Of a DNA stretch of 64,000 nucleotides, positions 24,023-34,425 are shown piece after piece. The notes below the pieces were generated by a model that saw only the letters and a list, made by a program, of their open reading frames with translations, did not search any database and had not been told where the DNA came from. Location: assembly GCA_963719515.1 (NCBI GenBank), contig CAVRCJ010000006.1:320001-384000 (forward strand). Reading direction: 5' to 3'. Positions within the stretch are counted from its first letter, which is position 1. The number at the start of each line of letters is the position of its first letter. The DNA is from an uncultured cyanobacterium (GTDB taxonomy: Bacteria > Cyanobacteriota > Cyanobacteriia > CAKZMO01). Made by a program: the position numbers and the translations under genes.

Positions 24023-25221
24023 GCCGGCGCGGCGGCATCTGAATTTTGAGCTGGGGCCTGTAAGAATGCTACTATCTTGCGAGCTGCGGCTTCTAAAACC
24101 TCAGGCGGATGCACCAGCGCTAGGCGAATGTAGCCTTCTCCATAAACGCCAAATCCCGCACCGGGAGACGCCGCCACGCCGGTTGCTTTCACTAGCTCCG
24201 TGCAAAAGCGGACCGAGTCTTGGGTCCAGGGCGAGGGAAGTTTGGCCCAGATATACATCGTCGCGACCGGTATTTCGACGCTCCAGCCCAGTGACTTTAG
24301 GGTTTGCACTAAAGCATCTCGCCGCTGCCGAAAGGTATCGGACCCTGCCTTGACCGAAGCCGACGGTCCCTCTAGAGCGGCGATCGCCCCATTCAAAATG
24401 CCGCGATACTGATTGAAGTCCACCGCTGCCTTCACCTGCCTCAGGGCGCGAATCAGCTCGGCGTTACCGATGGCGTAGCCTACGCGAAAGCCCCCCATGT
24501 TGTAGGACTTAGACATGGAGAAAAACTCGATGGAGACCGCTTTTTCTGGGTCAGCCTGCAGAACCGACGGCGCAACTACATCGTCAAACACGATATCCGG
24601 GTAGGGAAAGTCGTGGACCAGTACCAGGTTATGCCGCTGGCAAAAGGCTACGGCCTTTTCAAAGAAAGACAGCGGCGCGATCGCCGTCGTGGGGTTGTGG
24701 GGATAGCTGAGCACCATCATTCGAGACAGGGCAAGCACCTCACCGGGAATATCTTCCAGCACCGGCAGAAAGTCGTTCTCCGCCAGTAGAGGCATCGTAT
24801 GGATACGCCCATTTGCGAGATGGACCCCACCCGCGTGGGAGGGATAGCCCGGATCGAGCAGCAGCGCCACATCTCCGGGATTGAGCACCGCTAAGGGCAG
24901 ATGGGCGGTCCCCTCCTGAGAGCCAATTAGCGCCAGCACCTCTGTCTCCACATCGACCGCCACGCCGAACTTACGCTGATACCACTTCGCCGCCGCCCGC
25001 CGAAAGGGCTGGGTGCCGTGGTGGAGCAGGTAGCCGTGGGTAGCCGCATCGGGCAACGACTGGGCAATTGCCTCCAAAACATGGGGCGGGGTAGGCAGGT
25101 CAGAGGAGCCTAAAGACAGATCAATTACGTCTTGCCCCATAGCCCGTGCTTCGGCTTTGGCCTGGTCCATGTCGGCAAAGACGTTCCGCTGAAGCGGCTT
25201 CAGACGCTCCGAAAATTGCAT
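24013..25221 (-). CDS. PLP-dependent class I/II aminotransferase (LL-DAP aminotransferase-like)
   Basis: YPHNPT, HDFPY, FFSMSKSYNMGGFRVG. Confidence 0.92.
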   Translation of the reverse strand: MQFSERLKPLQRNVFADMDQAKAEARAMGQDVIDLSLGSSDLPTPPHVLEAIAQSLPDAATHGYLLHHGTQPFRRAAAKWYQRKFGVAVDVETEVLALIGSQEGTAHLPLAVLNPGDVALLLDPGYPSHAGGVHLANGRIHTMPLLAENDFLPVLEDIPGEVLALSRMMVLSYPHNPTTAIAPLSFFEKAVAFCQRHNLVLVHDFPYPDIVFDDVVAPSVLQADPEKAVSIEFFSMSKSYNMGGFRVGYAIGNAELIRALRQVKAAVDFNQYRGILNGAIAALEGPSASVKAGSDTFRQRRDALVQTLKSLGWSVEIPVATMYIWAKLPSPWTQDSVRFCTELVKATGVAASPGAGFGVYGEGYIRLALVHPPEVLEAAARKIVAFLQAPAQNSDAAAPAHR

Positions 25222-25317
25222 ATTTTCTCCCCTTTAAAAAGCGATCGACTTTACCTACCGGGACTTATCGGAACCAGCGGGGGCAGGCATCCCCACGCCC
25301 TATCACTCAATAGACCA

Positions 25318-25653
25318 TTAGGCCGTAGCCGACAGATGGCCATCCAAAAAGCTCGTCAGCCGGTCCTTGGTGACTGCCCCCTCTATGCCTTCTACCTTCT
25401 CCCCCCCGCGAAATAGCATCATCGCCGGGACGCCCTCTACGCCGCAGGTCGCTACAGACTCAGGGTTGGGGTCCACCTCCATCTTGGCTATCTTCAAAGC
25501 GTCATAGCGATCGCTAATGCCGTTCATCACCGGGCCCATCAATCTGCAAGGGCCACACCAGGGAGCCCAGAAATAGACCAACACGGGCTGCTGATGGCTC
25601 GCATCAACCACCTCTTGCTGAAACTGAGGATCGGTAATTTCGGTGACGGCCAT
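25318..25653 (-). CDS. Thioredoxin
   Basis: WAPWCGPC active site; start placed at MAVTE. Confidence 0.95.
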   Translation of the reverse strand: MAVTEITDPQFQQEVVDASHQQPVLVYFWAPWCGPCRLMGPVMNGISDRYDALKIAKMEVDPNPESVATCGVEGVPAMMLFRGGEKVEGIEGAVTKDRLTSFLDGHLSATA

Positions 25654-25728
25654 AGTTATATCCTTGCTATTCATCGCATCGCTATATTACTTCTAGATTA
25701 GCGGGATTTGGGGTCTGCAGCGCATGCG

Positions 25729-26586
25729 CTAAGGTCGCCAAGGGTAGTCGCTGAAATCAGGAGGACGCTTTTCTAGGAAAGCCTGCTTTCCCTCTCGGCC
25801 TTCCTCCGTCATGTAGTAGAGCAACGTCGCATTGCCTGCTAGCTCCTGTAACCCAGCTTGTCCGTCACAGTCGGCGTTGAAAGCAGACTTGAGGCAGCGA
25901 ATGGCAATGGGGCTTTTCTGCAAGATTTCCGCCGCCCAAGCGACTCCTTCAGCCTCTAGCTGGTCTACCGGTACGACGGCGTTTACCAGACCCATCTGTA
26001 GCGCGTCTTGAGCGCTGTACTGACGACACAAAAACCAAATCTCCCGCGCCTTTTTCTGCCCCACGCTACGGGCTAGGTAGCTCGCCCCAAAGCCACCGTC
26101 AAAAGAGCCCACTTTCGGCCCGGTTTGGCCAAACCGGGCGTTGTCTGCAGCAATGGTGAGGTCGCAGACGACGTGAAGGACGTGACCACCGCCAATAGCG
26201 TAGCCCGCGACGAGGGCAATCACAACTTTGGGCATGGAGCGGATCAAACGCTGCAGGTCCAAAACGTTCAGCCGGGGAACACCTTGGTCATCGAGATAGC
26301 CCGCCTCGCCGCGGACGCTTTGATCGCCGCCCGCACAGAAGGCATATTTGCCGTCGGTGTGAGGGCCTGCACCGGTGAGCAGGACAACACCAATGCGCGG
26401 ATCCTCGCGGGCGTCGAGGAAAGCGCTGTACATTTCGGAGACGGTTTTAGGGCGAAAGGCGTTGCGCTTGTGGGGGCGATTGATTGTGATTTTGGCGATG
26501 CCGCCGGCTTTGTGGTAGTAGATGTCGTCGTAGTCGGTTACGGTTTGCCATGTCACCATGGGGGTTGAGCCTGAATTCAGCTTCAC
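25729..26586 (-). CDS. menB: 1,4-dihydroxy-2-naphthoyl-CoA synthase
   Basis: [34 protein letters not shown]. Confidence 0.97.
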   Translation of the reverse strand: MKLNSGSTPMVTWQTVTDYDDIYYHKAGGIAKITINRPHKRNAFRPKTVSEMYSAFLDAREDPRIGVVLLTGAGPHTDGKYAFCAGGDQSVRGEAGYLDDQGVPRLNVLDLQRLIRSMPKVVIALVAGYAIGGGHVLHVVCDLTIAADNARFGQTGPKVGSFDGGFGASYLARSVGQKKAREIWFLCRQYSAQDALQMGLVNAVVPVDQLEAEGVAWAAEILQKSPIAIRCLKSAFNADCDGQAGLQELAGNATLLYYMTEEGREGKQAFLEKRPPDFSDYPWRP

Positions 26587-26621
26587 TATTATGGCGAGTT
26601 GCGGGGCTTAGGGCGATCTTC

Positions 26622-29480
26622 CTAGCGCGATCGCTGAATAATTTCCGGGAGGATAACGCCCACTTGGTTGTTAAAGACCTCCATATTGTTGCGGTCTTTG
26701 TCGTCAAAGCTCGCCCTGAAAACTTCAGGAACATCGGGCCAAGCGTCCGAATTGTAGAGGTCGAAGCAATTGGGCAATCGCTTATTGAGAAGCTGCGTCA
26801 CCCCTAGCAGCTCGCCGTCGGTGCTTAAAATAGGTAGGCACAGCAGGCTACAGGTGCGGTATCGCGTCTTCTGATCAGTTTCGCGCGCTCGCGCCGACTG
26901 AGAATGATCGTAGAGATCAAAGGGAATATTGACGCCTCGCTGGGTTTCGGCCACGAAACCCACAAACCCCTCACCCACAGGAATGCTGGTTTCCATCCAG
27001 GCTCCCCCCTCCTGCTGAATTCGGGTCCACAGGCTCTGCTTATCGGCGTTGAGGAGCCATAGGGACGTACGGTCGGCATTGGTCAGATTTTTGAGGGCTT
27101 TCATCACGTTTTGAATCAGCTCTTCCGCATTGCCGCTGCTCTGACTGACAAAGCTGATAGCTCGGTAAAGCGGGTCGAGTTCCCGCCGCTGCTCTCGAAT
27201 CGTGAGAATCTCTTGGTGGAATGAGCGGAACGCCTGTAGCACCGGCAGGAGATTGTCGGTAGACTGCTGCAGGAGCGACGCATCGGCCTGGCTAAACCCA
27301 GCTGAGTTGACGGTGCGAGCAATCTGAAGGTCGAAGCTAGGTTCAAGTTTGTCAAAACTACGCACCACCGCAATCACGTTGCCCTCGTGATCAACAATCG
27401 GGAACAGCGCCAGGCTTTGAAAGCGGTTAAGCCGTTTGATGCTGATGCCTTTACAGACCAGTGGGTCGCGGAAACGGTGGGGCTGTGAGGCCACCTGGAC
27501 AGCTCTGGAGTCCGCAATTTTCCGCGCGATTCCCAGGGTCGAAGAGACGCGAAACTCGCTGGCGTTCATATCCCCTTCTTCAATACTTAGGGACCAAAAA
27601 TCGGTGCCGTCGAGGTTGAGCAAAAAGACCGTTGTGTGGGCCGCGAGCAGCTGCTTGCTAACGGACTGGCTGATAAAGTTCAGCATGTTGTAGAGGGCAT
27701 TGTAAAGCGCCTCTTCGTTTTGGTCAGTCACCGCATTGCTGAGGACGGCTAAGGCATTATAAATAGCCTCTTTGGGCCTAGCCTGAGAGAGATACTTAAG
27801 CGTTTCGTGACTTTTAACAAACTGAAGAATTACCCCTACCCGCTGGTTAAACAACTGCATCGCCTGCTGGTCGTTTTTATCAAAGCTGGTTTTGAAGTGA
27901 TCGGGGACGTTGGGCCAATCTTCTTTGCGGTAGGGGGGATGGTCGCCGGGTTTACGCTTGTTGATCAGCTGGGTGACCCCAATGAGCTCCCCATCGGGGC
28001 TCAGAATAGGCATGCACAGCAGGCTACAGGATCGGTAGCGGGTTTGCTGGTCGGTGTACTTAGCGTTACCGGCGCTGGGATGCGTGTAGAGATCGTAAGG
28101 GATGTTGATGGCCTCGCGATTATGGGCCACCGTCCCCGCAAAACCAACGCCAATGGCGCAGCGCACTTCTCCTTTGCCCGGAATCTCGGTCCACAGGTCA
28201 CCGCGATCGCGGTCAACCAGCCATAGGGTACTGCGGTCAGCGTTCATCAGCTTCTTCGCCGAGTCCATCACCCGCTGCAAAATAGCCTTAGTGTCAAGGC
28301 TGATCTGATCGATGGAGCTAGTGGCCTCCATCAAAGCCGCCGTGGCCCGCAGCTTCTTGATCACCGCGTAGCACGACTGACAGCTCTCTAAAATGCGGCG
28401 AATGGGTACGAGGCACTTGGAAAGCCGCTCTAAATCTAGGCGAGTAAACCCACGAGGGGCAATAGTCGCAGCGCTATTGTAGGCGGTCTGCAGCTTATTG
28501 AGCACCTGAATCACCGCCACGACCTCCTTGGCTCTATTGAGAATGGGGAGGGCCAAGATGTTGTGGGTGCGATATTGGTAGGCCTGGTCGTAGACCTTGA
28601 CGCGGTCGGCGCGGGAGTCGTCGTAAAGGTGATTAGGGATATGAATAGGTATCTTGGTTTGGGCTACCCGGCCGGCGATGCCTTCTCCCATCTGTAGCTG
28701 GATGTCTAGAAATTCTCCCTGGTCATTTTCGGCCACCAGCGAGCACAGCTCGCTCCCCTCATCGCTCACTAAAAAGATGCTCACTCGGTCGGCGCTCAGC
28801 AGAGCTCCAATCTTCGCGGCCACGTCCCGTAGGGTTTTGTAGAGAATGCGGGCCGAGGCCTGATCATCTGCCTCGCTGTCGATACTCGATAGAATTTGCA
28901 CTTGCGAAATCAGCAGCTTACGCTCTAGCTGCAGCAGCAGCTTGCGAAACTCAGATTCACTCGCCTCTAGGCCAGAGTGCAGCTTCTTGAGCACGCTACC
29001 CACCCAGTCCACATTGAATATAGTGGCGTAGATGCGGTTGTGAATGGTGAGCACTTCGCCCTGCTGTTGCGCTAACCCAAGACGCTGCAGTTCCTTATGT
29101 TCATGGGAGTTGGCGATTGCCACTTCACCCTGCTGCACCACAGTGCGATAGAGCTTGAGCAGCTTGACGTGGCTAGGGCGGGGGCGCACGAGATAGTCAC
29201 GGATGTCGCGAATAAACTCCAGCTCGGGGCTTTTTTCCCAAACCCGAATGACGCGATAGTGAATAAATTGCTCCACCCACGCCGCCTCAGAACCGGCGGA
29301 CGGGGCCTCTTTTCCCTTGAGTAGCAGTTCACACAGCTGCCGCGTGAGAATGGGCTGTCCCCCCGTCCAAACCAGCAGCGCGTTCCCAAGAGCAAGGTGG
29401 TTGGGGAACCTCTCCGCAAAGTCTGGGGGAATGAGGGTACTGCGATCGGACGATATGGGCTGAAGCTTAATGGCAGACAT
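26622..29480 (-). CDS. Multi-GAF domain protein with an N-terminal helical module resembling the tail of AAA_35-type NTPases
   Basis: WTGGQPILT...HNRIY N-terminus; four GAF-like repeats (ADRVSIFL, ADRSTLWL, AAHTTVFL, ADRTSLWL), with QLxNK...FD motifs in the second and fourth. Confidence 0.85.
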   Translation of the reverse strand: MSAIKLQPISSDRSTLIPPDFAERFPNHLALGNALLVWTGGQPILTRQLCELLLKGKEAPSAGSEAAWVEQFIHYRVIRVWEKSPELEFIRDIRDYLVRPRPSHVKLLKLYRTVVQQGEVAIANSHEHKELQRLGLAQQQGEVLTIHNRIYATIFNVDWVGSVLKKLHSGLEASESEFRKLLLQLERKLLISQVQILSSIDSEADDQASARILYKTLRDVAAKIGALLSADRVSIFLVSDEGSELCSLVAENDQGEFLDIQLQMGEGIAGRVAQTKIPIHIPNHLYDDSRADRVKVYDQAYQYRTHNILALPILNRAKEVVAVIQVLNKLQTAYNSAATIAPRGFTRLDLERLSKCLVPIRRILESCQSCYAVIKKLRATAALMEATSSIDQISLDTKAILQRVMDSAKKLMNADRSTLWLVDRDRGDLWTEIPGKGEVRCAIGVGFAGTVAHNREAINIPYDLYTHPSAGNAKYTDQQTRYRSCSLLCMPILSPDGELIGVTQLINKRKPGDHPPYRKEDWPNVPDHFKTSFDKNDQQAMQLFNQRVGVILQFVKSHETLKYLSQARPKEAIYNALAVLSNAVTDQNEEALYNALYNMLNFISQSVSKQLLAAHTTVFLLNLDGTDFWSLSIEEGDMNASEFRVSSTLGIARKIADSRAVQVASQPHRFRDPLVCKGISIKRLNRFQSLALFPIVDHEGNVIAVVRSFDKLEPSFDLQIARTVNSAGFSQADASLLQQSTDNLLPVLQAFRSFHQEILTIREQRRELDPLYRAISFVSQSSGNAEELIQNVMKALKNLTNADRTSLWLLNADKQSLWTRIQQEGGAWMETSIPVGEGFVGFVAETQRGVNIPFDLYDHSQSARARETDQKTRYRTCSLLCLPILSTDGELLGVTQLLNKRLPNCFDLYNSDAWPDVPEVFRASFDDKDRNNMEVFNNQVGVILPEIIQRSR

Positions 29481-29566
29481 AGATCACGTCCCCACTGGTG
29501 ACGGAAGGCTCGGTCGCCGGTAAATCCGCGACGGGAGTAATGACCTATTATGACATTCACCTTGAC

Positions 29567-31195
29567 TCAAATAACACCATTCCAAGCAACACGGGGCTTG
29601 GCCAGCACGGGCGAGTAGGGCAAATTCGCGGGGCCGACCTGAGTCTCTTGGTCTAGCACATGCACCACCTGATTATGAATCGCCTCGGCCTGCTCGGGAG
29701 AGTTGCCGATGCTGGTGAGCCCCAGCTTGCCGAACTCACTTAGGCACCCCATGAGGTGAAACGCAGTGCCGGTTTCCGTGGCGCTGTTGAAGTGTAGTCG
29801 GTGATGGGCAATGATTTCCATCAGGTCGCTGGGCAGCAGGCCGCGGTAGGAGGACTTTTGCAGATTGTCTGAAGCAATGTAGTACTTGGGGTTGCCCTCT
29901 TGGTCAAAAAACATGCCGGTGCCCGGATCGTAATGTCCATTGGTCAACAGCTTCATGGTCATAAAGGGGTGCGTCGTTCCCCCTTTTCGCAGGTTTACCT
30001 CAATCGCCTGCAGCTCCCAGCTGGCGGCAGCGCTGGCGGGGCCGGGCTGCCGGGCGGCAATCACATCCACGCTGTAGCGCTCCACCGCGCCCTTGGCGGC
30101 CAGACACTGACCGACTCGATAGCCCCACTCCTGCAGCGGCTGCCGGTAGGCGGCGTCGGCAGGAAAGCGGCACCCCAGAAAAATTTGGCCGTCGGGGCCG
30201 CCTAAAATCTGGTCATGGGTGGAGAGAATTTCCACCTTCCCCGAAGGGGTGACGCGCCCTTGGACGCTGGGCGATCGCTTTTCTTCTCCCTCAATAAAGG
30301 CCTCCGCTATAGCCCCTAGCTCCGCAACCCGCCTGCTGAAGGTAGTCCAGGTCTCCGATGGCGCTTGAAAGCTCAGGTGGTGAAACTGCTGGGCGATCGC
30401 CGCCACTCTATCGGTATGGGAGGCGCTTTTTGGGGTAACGGAGGTCAGCGGGGACAGGTCTAAAATAGCGTTGCCCTCCCCTGAGAAGCCCTCATTGAGC
30501 TTAATCACAATCCGCTTTAGGTGGGGCTGACGCTCCCAAAGCTCGGCAGTTACCTCAGCCAGGTCATCTGCGCTATGCACGAGCTGACTGCCGTCGGGGT
30601 GGGGGATGTTGCAGTCGGCGAAGATTTCGCGACTGCCCGCCTTAGTGCCCCAATGCAGCAGATCGGGGGTCAGCCCTAGCAGCGGAACTTCGAGCTGCAG
30701 CGCCAGCTCCTGCTCGAAGTGGGTAGAGTTGTAGCAGGTCATGTACGACTTGCCGGGCCGTAAAAACTGCCGGATACGCTCCACTAAACGCGGGCGCTCT
30801 AAGATCTTTTCCGTGAGGCACTTGAGAGAAGCGTCGTAGGTGCTCAGCATCAGAAGGCGATCGCGAGCCTGGGAGATGGGGACGCCGGGCAGCAGCTGTA
30901 GGTAGTAGTCAACGACATTGGGGTGAATCGGCTGAGAGGTGATGTAGATGAGGCGCGTTTGGGGATTGCGCAGACGGATAAACGAAAACAGCAGCCGCTC
31001 CTCGTAATGGTGAAACCCCTTAATTTTCTCTAGCTCCCGCTGATCTAAGCTGAGAGAGGGCACCACCAAAATATCGTAGGCGCTGCGATCGAAGTCATCA
31101 ATGGGCTGCCAGCAGTCCCGCAGCTGGGCCTGAAGCTGCTCAAATCGCTCAGCGCCATTAGCTTTTGCGTGCTGAGCCGAGGAAGAAGAGGACAT
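29567..31195 (-). CDS. PGM1-related ATP-grasp peptide ligase family protein
   Basis: HYEERLLF, KLNEGFSGEGNA, SPSVQ, IEVNLRKGGTTHP. Confidence 0.85.
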   Translation of the reverse strand: MSSSSSAQHAKANGAERFEQLQAQLRDCWQPIDDFDRSAYDILVVPSLSLDQRELEKIKGFHHYEERLLFSFIRLRNPQTRLIYITSQPIHPNVVDYYLQLLPGVPISQARDRLLMLSTYDASLKCLTEKILERPRLVERIRQFLRPGKSYMTCYNSTHFEQELALQLEVPLLGLTPDLLHWGTKAGSREIFADCNIPHPDGSQLVHSADDLAEVTAELWERQPHLKRIVIKLNEGFSGEGNAILDLSPLTSVTPKSASHTDRVAAIAQQFHHLSFQAPSETWTTFSRRVAELGAIAEAFIEGEEKRSPSVQGRVTPSGKVEILSTHDQILGGPDGQIFLGCRFPADAAYRQPLQEWGYRVGQCLAAKGAVERYSVDVIAARQPGPASAAASWELQAIEVNLRKGGTTHPFMTMKLLTNGHYDPGTGMFFDQEGNPKYYIASDNLQKSSYRGLLPSDLMEIIAHHRLHFNSATETGTAFHLMGCLSEFGKLGLTSIGNSPEQAEAIHNQVVHVLDQETQVGPANLPYSPVLAKPRVAWNGVI

Positions 31196-31275
31196 GGGAC
31201 AGCTCCAAGTAAAGCATTCAAGATCGGCAGGCAAAACAGTGGCCAGCGTCAGCCTACCAAAACCGCCGCTGGCTT

Positions 31276-32235
31276 CTAATGAGAGGACACCACCTCACAA
31301 GATGATACGGGGGATACCCCCGCCAGGTCCAGAATCTGGGGGATCAAATCCTCTCGTCGCACCGCCATCATGTGCACCCCCTGACAAATCTGACGGGCAG
31401 CCTTCACCTGCTCGGCGGCAATGCGCATGCCCTCTTCTAGCGGCGCTTTGGCTCGCTCTAAGCGCTCAATGGTTTCCTCCGGGATCTGTACCCCCGGAAC
31501 GCAGCGATTGATAAAGCGGGCATTTTTGGCTGACTTAAGCAGAAAAATGCCCGCAAGTACGGGCTTATCGCTTCCTGCTACCACCTGGGTCATAAAAGCA
31601 TCGAGGCGCTCAAAGTCCGACACCAGCTGACTTTGAAAAAACTCAGCGCCAGCCTCTAGCTTGCGCTCAAAGCGGCGCTGTAGGCCAGACCAGCTCGGAC
31701 ATTGGGGATCGACAGCCGCCCCGGCAAACAGGGTGGTGGCTCCGTCGGTGAGCGGCTTGTCGTTATCGTCAAGGCCATGGTTCAGGCGTTCAATCAGCGC
31801 CAGCAGCCGCACCGACTCCAGGTCAAAGACGCTCTTCGCCTTGGGGTGATCTCCTGCCTTCACCGGGTCGCCCGTCAGGGCCAGCACGTTGCGGATGCCC
31901 AGCGCCTGCGCCCCCATCAGGTCGGCCTGCAAGGCAATGCGGTTGCGATCGCGGCAGGCAACCTGATAGATGGGCTCGATACCAGCCTGCTGCAGTAGAG
32001 CCGAAGCAACCAGAGACGACATTCGCAGTACGGCCCGACTGCCATCGGTTACATTGACGGCGTGGACTCGGCCGCGGAGCTGCTGCGCCATAGCGAGCAT
32101 GTGGGCCGGGTTCCCTCCTTTGGGCGGCATCACTTCAGCCGTAAGCAAAAATTCTCCTCCCTCTACTGCGCGGTGAAGTCGCCCCTTGTCTGGGGTGGGT
32201 GCTGATAGGTGCGTCGACGGTCGTGGGTCTAGCAT
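31276..32235 (-). CDS. metF: Methylenetetrahydrofolate reductase
   Basis: AEVMPPKG, NVTDGSRA, ACRDRNRIALQ, LALTGD; start placed downstream of the sodN terminator. Confidence 0.92.
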   Translation of the reverse strand: MLDPRPSTHLSAPTPDKGRLHRAVEGGEFLLTAEVMPPKGGNPAHMLAMAQQLRGRVHAVNVTDGSRAVLRMSSLVASALLQQAGIEPIYQVACRDRNRIALQADLMGAQALGIRNVLALTGDPVKAGDHPKAKSVFDLESVRLLALIERLNHGLDDNDKPLTDGATTLFAGAAVDPQCPSWSGLQRRFERKLEAGAEFFQSQLVSDFERLDAFMTQVVAGSDKPVLAGIFLLKSAKNARFINRCVPGVQIPEETIERLERAKAPLEEGMRIAAEQVKAARQICQGVHMMAVRREDLIPQILDLAGVSPVSSCEVVSSH

Positions 32236-32341
32236 GGATGATGGGGGCGCTTCAGGGGGGAGGGGAAGTGACGAGAAATTGATGGGTGCTGTCCTAGGGA
32301 GTTTGCCTCGGAGTCTCACCTTGAACTCTAGCGTGGGCTCT

Positions 32342-32369
32342 AAAAAAAGGCACGCATCGACTGCGTGCC
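32342..32369 (-). terminator. Intrinsic terminator after sodN
   Basis: Minus strand ggcacgca-gtcga-tgcgtgcc-ttttttt. Confidence 0.8.
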
Positions 32370-32432
32370 CCATTGGACGAAGGTATCGTCAGCAAAGCGA
32401 ATAAGCGTGGTCTGCGCCGTGTAGCGCAGTGC

Positions 32433-32912
32433 CTAGCTAGCCTTATAGAAAGTGACGTTGCGATCCTTAGTGGCCCAAAAGATGTTGTGGATCTTCTCGA
32501 GGGCGGCCATTAGCTCACTGCAGTGCTCAGGGCTGACTTCGACTTTACAGGCGGAGCAGAGCTTGGCGGCCTTCCAAAAGGTGTCGTGAAGGTCGGGGTA
32601 CTTCTCCAGGTGAACGGGCTTGAAGTAGTCCGTCCAGAGGATGAGAATTTCGTCCTTAGTGATTTGAGCCTGCTCTTCTTTAATGGCGATGTAGCGAGAC
32701 ATTGTATTTCCGTAAGCCGCCATTGCCTTAGCGTCACCCGAAGCGGGAGGCGCGAGGTCGAGCATCTTCTTGGTCATGTTGACCACGGCCTCAGCTGCGA
32801 TGCGAGCCCCTGCTGGGTCATAGACGCCGCAGGGTCCGTCGCAGTGAGCATGGACGGCTTCTGCAGGAAACCAAGCTTTGATTTGGGATGCAATTGTTTT
32901 TAGCATAGCCAT
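32433..32912 (-). CDS. sodN: Nickel superoxide dismutase precursor
   Basis: Ni-hook HCDGPCGVYDP after a short leader; LWTDYFKP. Confidence 0.97.
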   Translation of the reverse strand: MAMLKTIASQIKAWFPAEAVHAHCDGPCGVYDPAGARIAAEAVVNMTKKMLDLAPPASGDAKAMAAYGNTMSRYIAIKEEQAQITKDEILILWTDYFKPVHLEKYPDLHDTFWKAAKLCSACKVEVSPEHCSELMAALEKIHNIFWATKDRNVTFYKAS

Positions 32913-33071
32913 AGGTGAATTGATGTTGTAACAGCGTGAAAGGATATTGCCTAGCGGGTCAGCAGCTCAAACCAGCGTAGCGCTGGTTCGATAAATTAGT
33001 CTGATGGGCTGGGCTGATGGGTGAGGCCGACAGCGCCAAAGGCTGCGCGCGGCAGCTCGCAATCATTCTAC

Positions 33072-33119
33072 CAAATCTGTAGTCAGACAAATCTGTAGTC
33101 AGGCAAATCTATCGTCAGG
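33072..33119. repeat. Three tandem 16-bp repeats
   Basis: caaatctgtagtcaga / caaatctgtagtcagg / caaatctatcgtcagg. Confidence 0.85.
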
Positions 33120-33153
33120 GGAGAATTCCTGTCAGAAGCCATAGGGCCAAGAA

Positions 33154-33810
33154 CTACAGGGCTCGCTTGGCCTCTTGCGCCACCTGTTCCATCTCATCAT
33201 TGGCCAGAGTTTGCAAGGCTTCTCGGGTGTCCTCGCCGCCAATTTGACCCAAGGCCTGCGCAACGCGGTGGCGAATTTGCCAGTCTGAGTGGTCGACGTA
33301 GCCAGTGAGATAGGGTACCGCCCTTGGGTCTTTGAGTTCCCCCAAAGAGCCGATGGCGACGGTGTGAATAAGCTCATTGCTCCCCTCAAGCGCGGCGACT
33401 AGAATCTCGTAGCCTCGCGGGTCGCCTAGCTCTCCCAGCGCGGCCACAATGCTAAATTTGACCAACCACTCGTCAGTCTGCTGATAGAGCGTGTGCATTG
33501 CCTCGAAAGCTTCAGTGAGCTTGAGCGCTCCCACCGAATCGGCAGCGGCAGCCCGCACATCCATATCGGCGTCGCGCAGCAGCGCTTCCTCTAGAATTTG
33601 AAGCGACGTCTCGCGGTTGTGCTGACCCACAGAGGACAGCTGGCTGATGGCGGCGTAGCGGACCCTGGGGTTTTGGTCGGCGATCGCCACCTGAAGCAAT
33701 TCAAACGCCTGGGACACATCCAGATAGCGGATCTGGTTGACCGCGCTGAGGCGCTCGCCATAGTCCTCCGAAGAGAGGCGCGCTTTCACCGATTCAAAGG
33801 TTACATTCAT
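33154..33810 (-). CDS. nblB: HEAT-repeat phycobilisome degradation protein NblB
   Basis: LSSEDYGERLSAVNQ, VRAAAAD, WLVKFSIVAALGELGD; follows a CBS gene. Confidence 0.85.
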   Translation of the reverse strand: MNVTFESVKARLSSEDYGERLSAVNQIRYLDVSQAFELLQVAIADQNPRVRYAAISQLSSVGQHNRETSLQILEEALLRDADMDVRAAAADSVGALKLTEAFEAMHTLYQQTDEWLVKFSIVAALGELGDPRGYEILVAALEGSNELIHTVAIGSLGELKDPRAVPYLTGYVDHSDWQIRHRVAQALGQIGGEDTREALQTLANDEMEQVAQEAKRAL

Positions 33811-33930
33811 GTCCTGTGCTCATCCCCATCCTATATCGACACCTTGTCGCGGCATGGTCCGCAGCGACAGGCTCCTTGCACGGCACAGCGTGCAGCGCAA
33901 CCAACCACCGCAAGCCTTACTACGTCCAAT

Positions 33931-34425
33931 CTAAGCCTCATCCTGCTGTGAGGCCATGTAGCGGATCACATCTCCCCGAGTGACGACGCCAACAACCTTA
34001 GACTCGTCGCCCGCGACCACATCGACCACAATCAACCGGGAAACTTCCTTACGGTGCATTAGCCGCGCAGCATCTCGTAGCGAGGTCTCGGGCGATACTG
34101 TCGTCACTTTATCGGTCATCACGTCCTTCACCCGCTGCCCTAGCGCCTTATGCAAATCGCGCTCGTAGTTCGCAGGATTTTCGAGATAGATGACGCTGTC
34201 GAGCAGCATGACGTACGGCGGCAAATCGACGCCGCTTTCCTGCCACATCAGCTCAGCTTCTGAAATAATGCCCACCAATTTGGCAGACTCATCAACGACA
34301 GGAAGGCCGCTGATGCGCCGCTTGGCGATGGTCTCAATGGCCTCACGCAGCGGGCTATCAGGCATTACCGTAACTGGATCTGAGGTCATCACCTCGCGGA
34401 CTGTCGTCTGAGTTGGAATAATCAT
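33931..34425 (-). CDS. CBS domain pair protein
   Basis: VMTSDPVTV, ISGLPVVD, KALGQRVKDVM. Confidence 0.93.
   Translation of the reverse strand: MIIPTQTTVREVMTSDPVTVMPDSPLREAIETIAKRRISGLPVVDESAKLVGIISEAELMWQESGVDLPPYVMLLDSVIYLENPANYERDLHKALGQRVKDVMTDKVTTVSPETSLRDAARLMHRKEVSRLIVVDVVAGDESKVVGVVTRGDVIRYMASQQDEA

Noticed and set aside
32236..32373. Longer metF start, or a riboswitch upstream of metF
   Set aside because: The hairpin plus T tract is best explained as the sodN terminator; no SAM or THF aptamer motif was recognised.
33072..33119. Tandem repeats here and at 19737, 34620 and 62536 as possible CRISPR arrays
   Set aside because: No spacers, only 2-3 units, and no cas genes.
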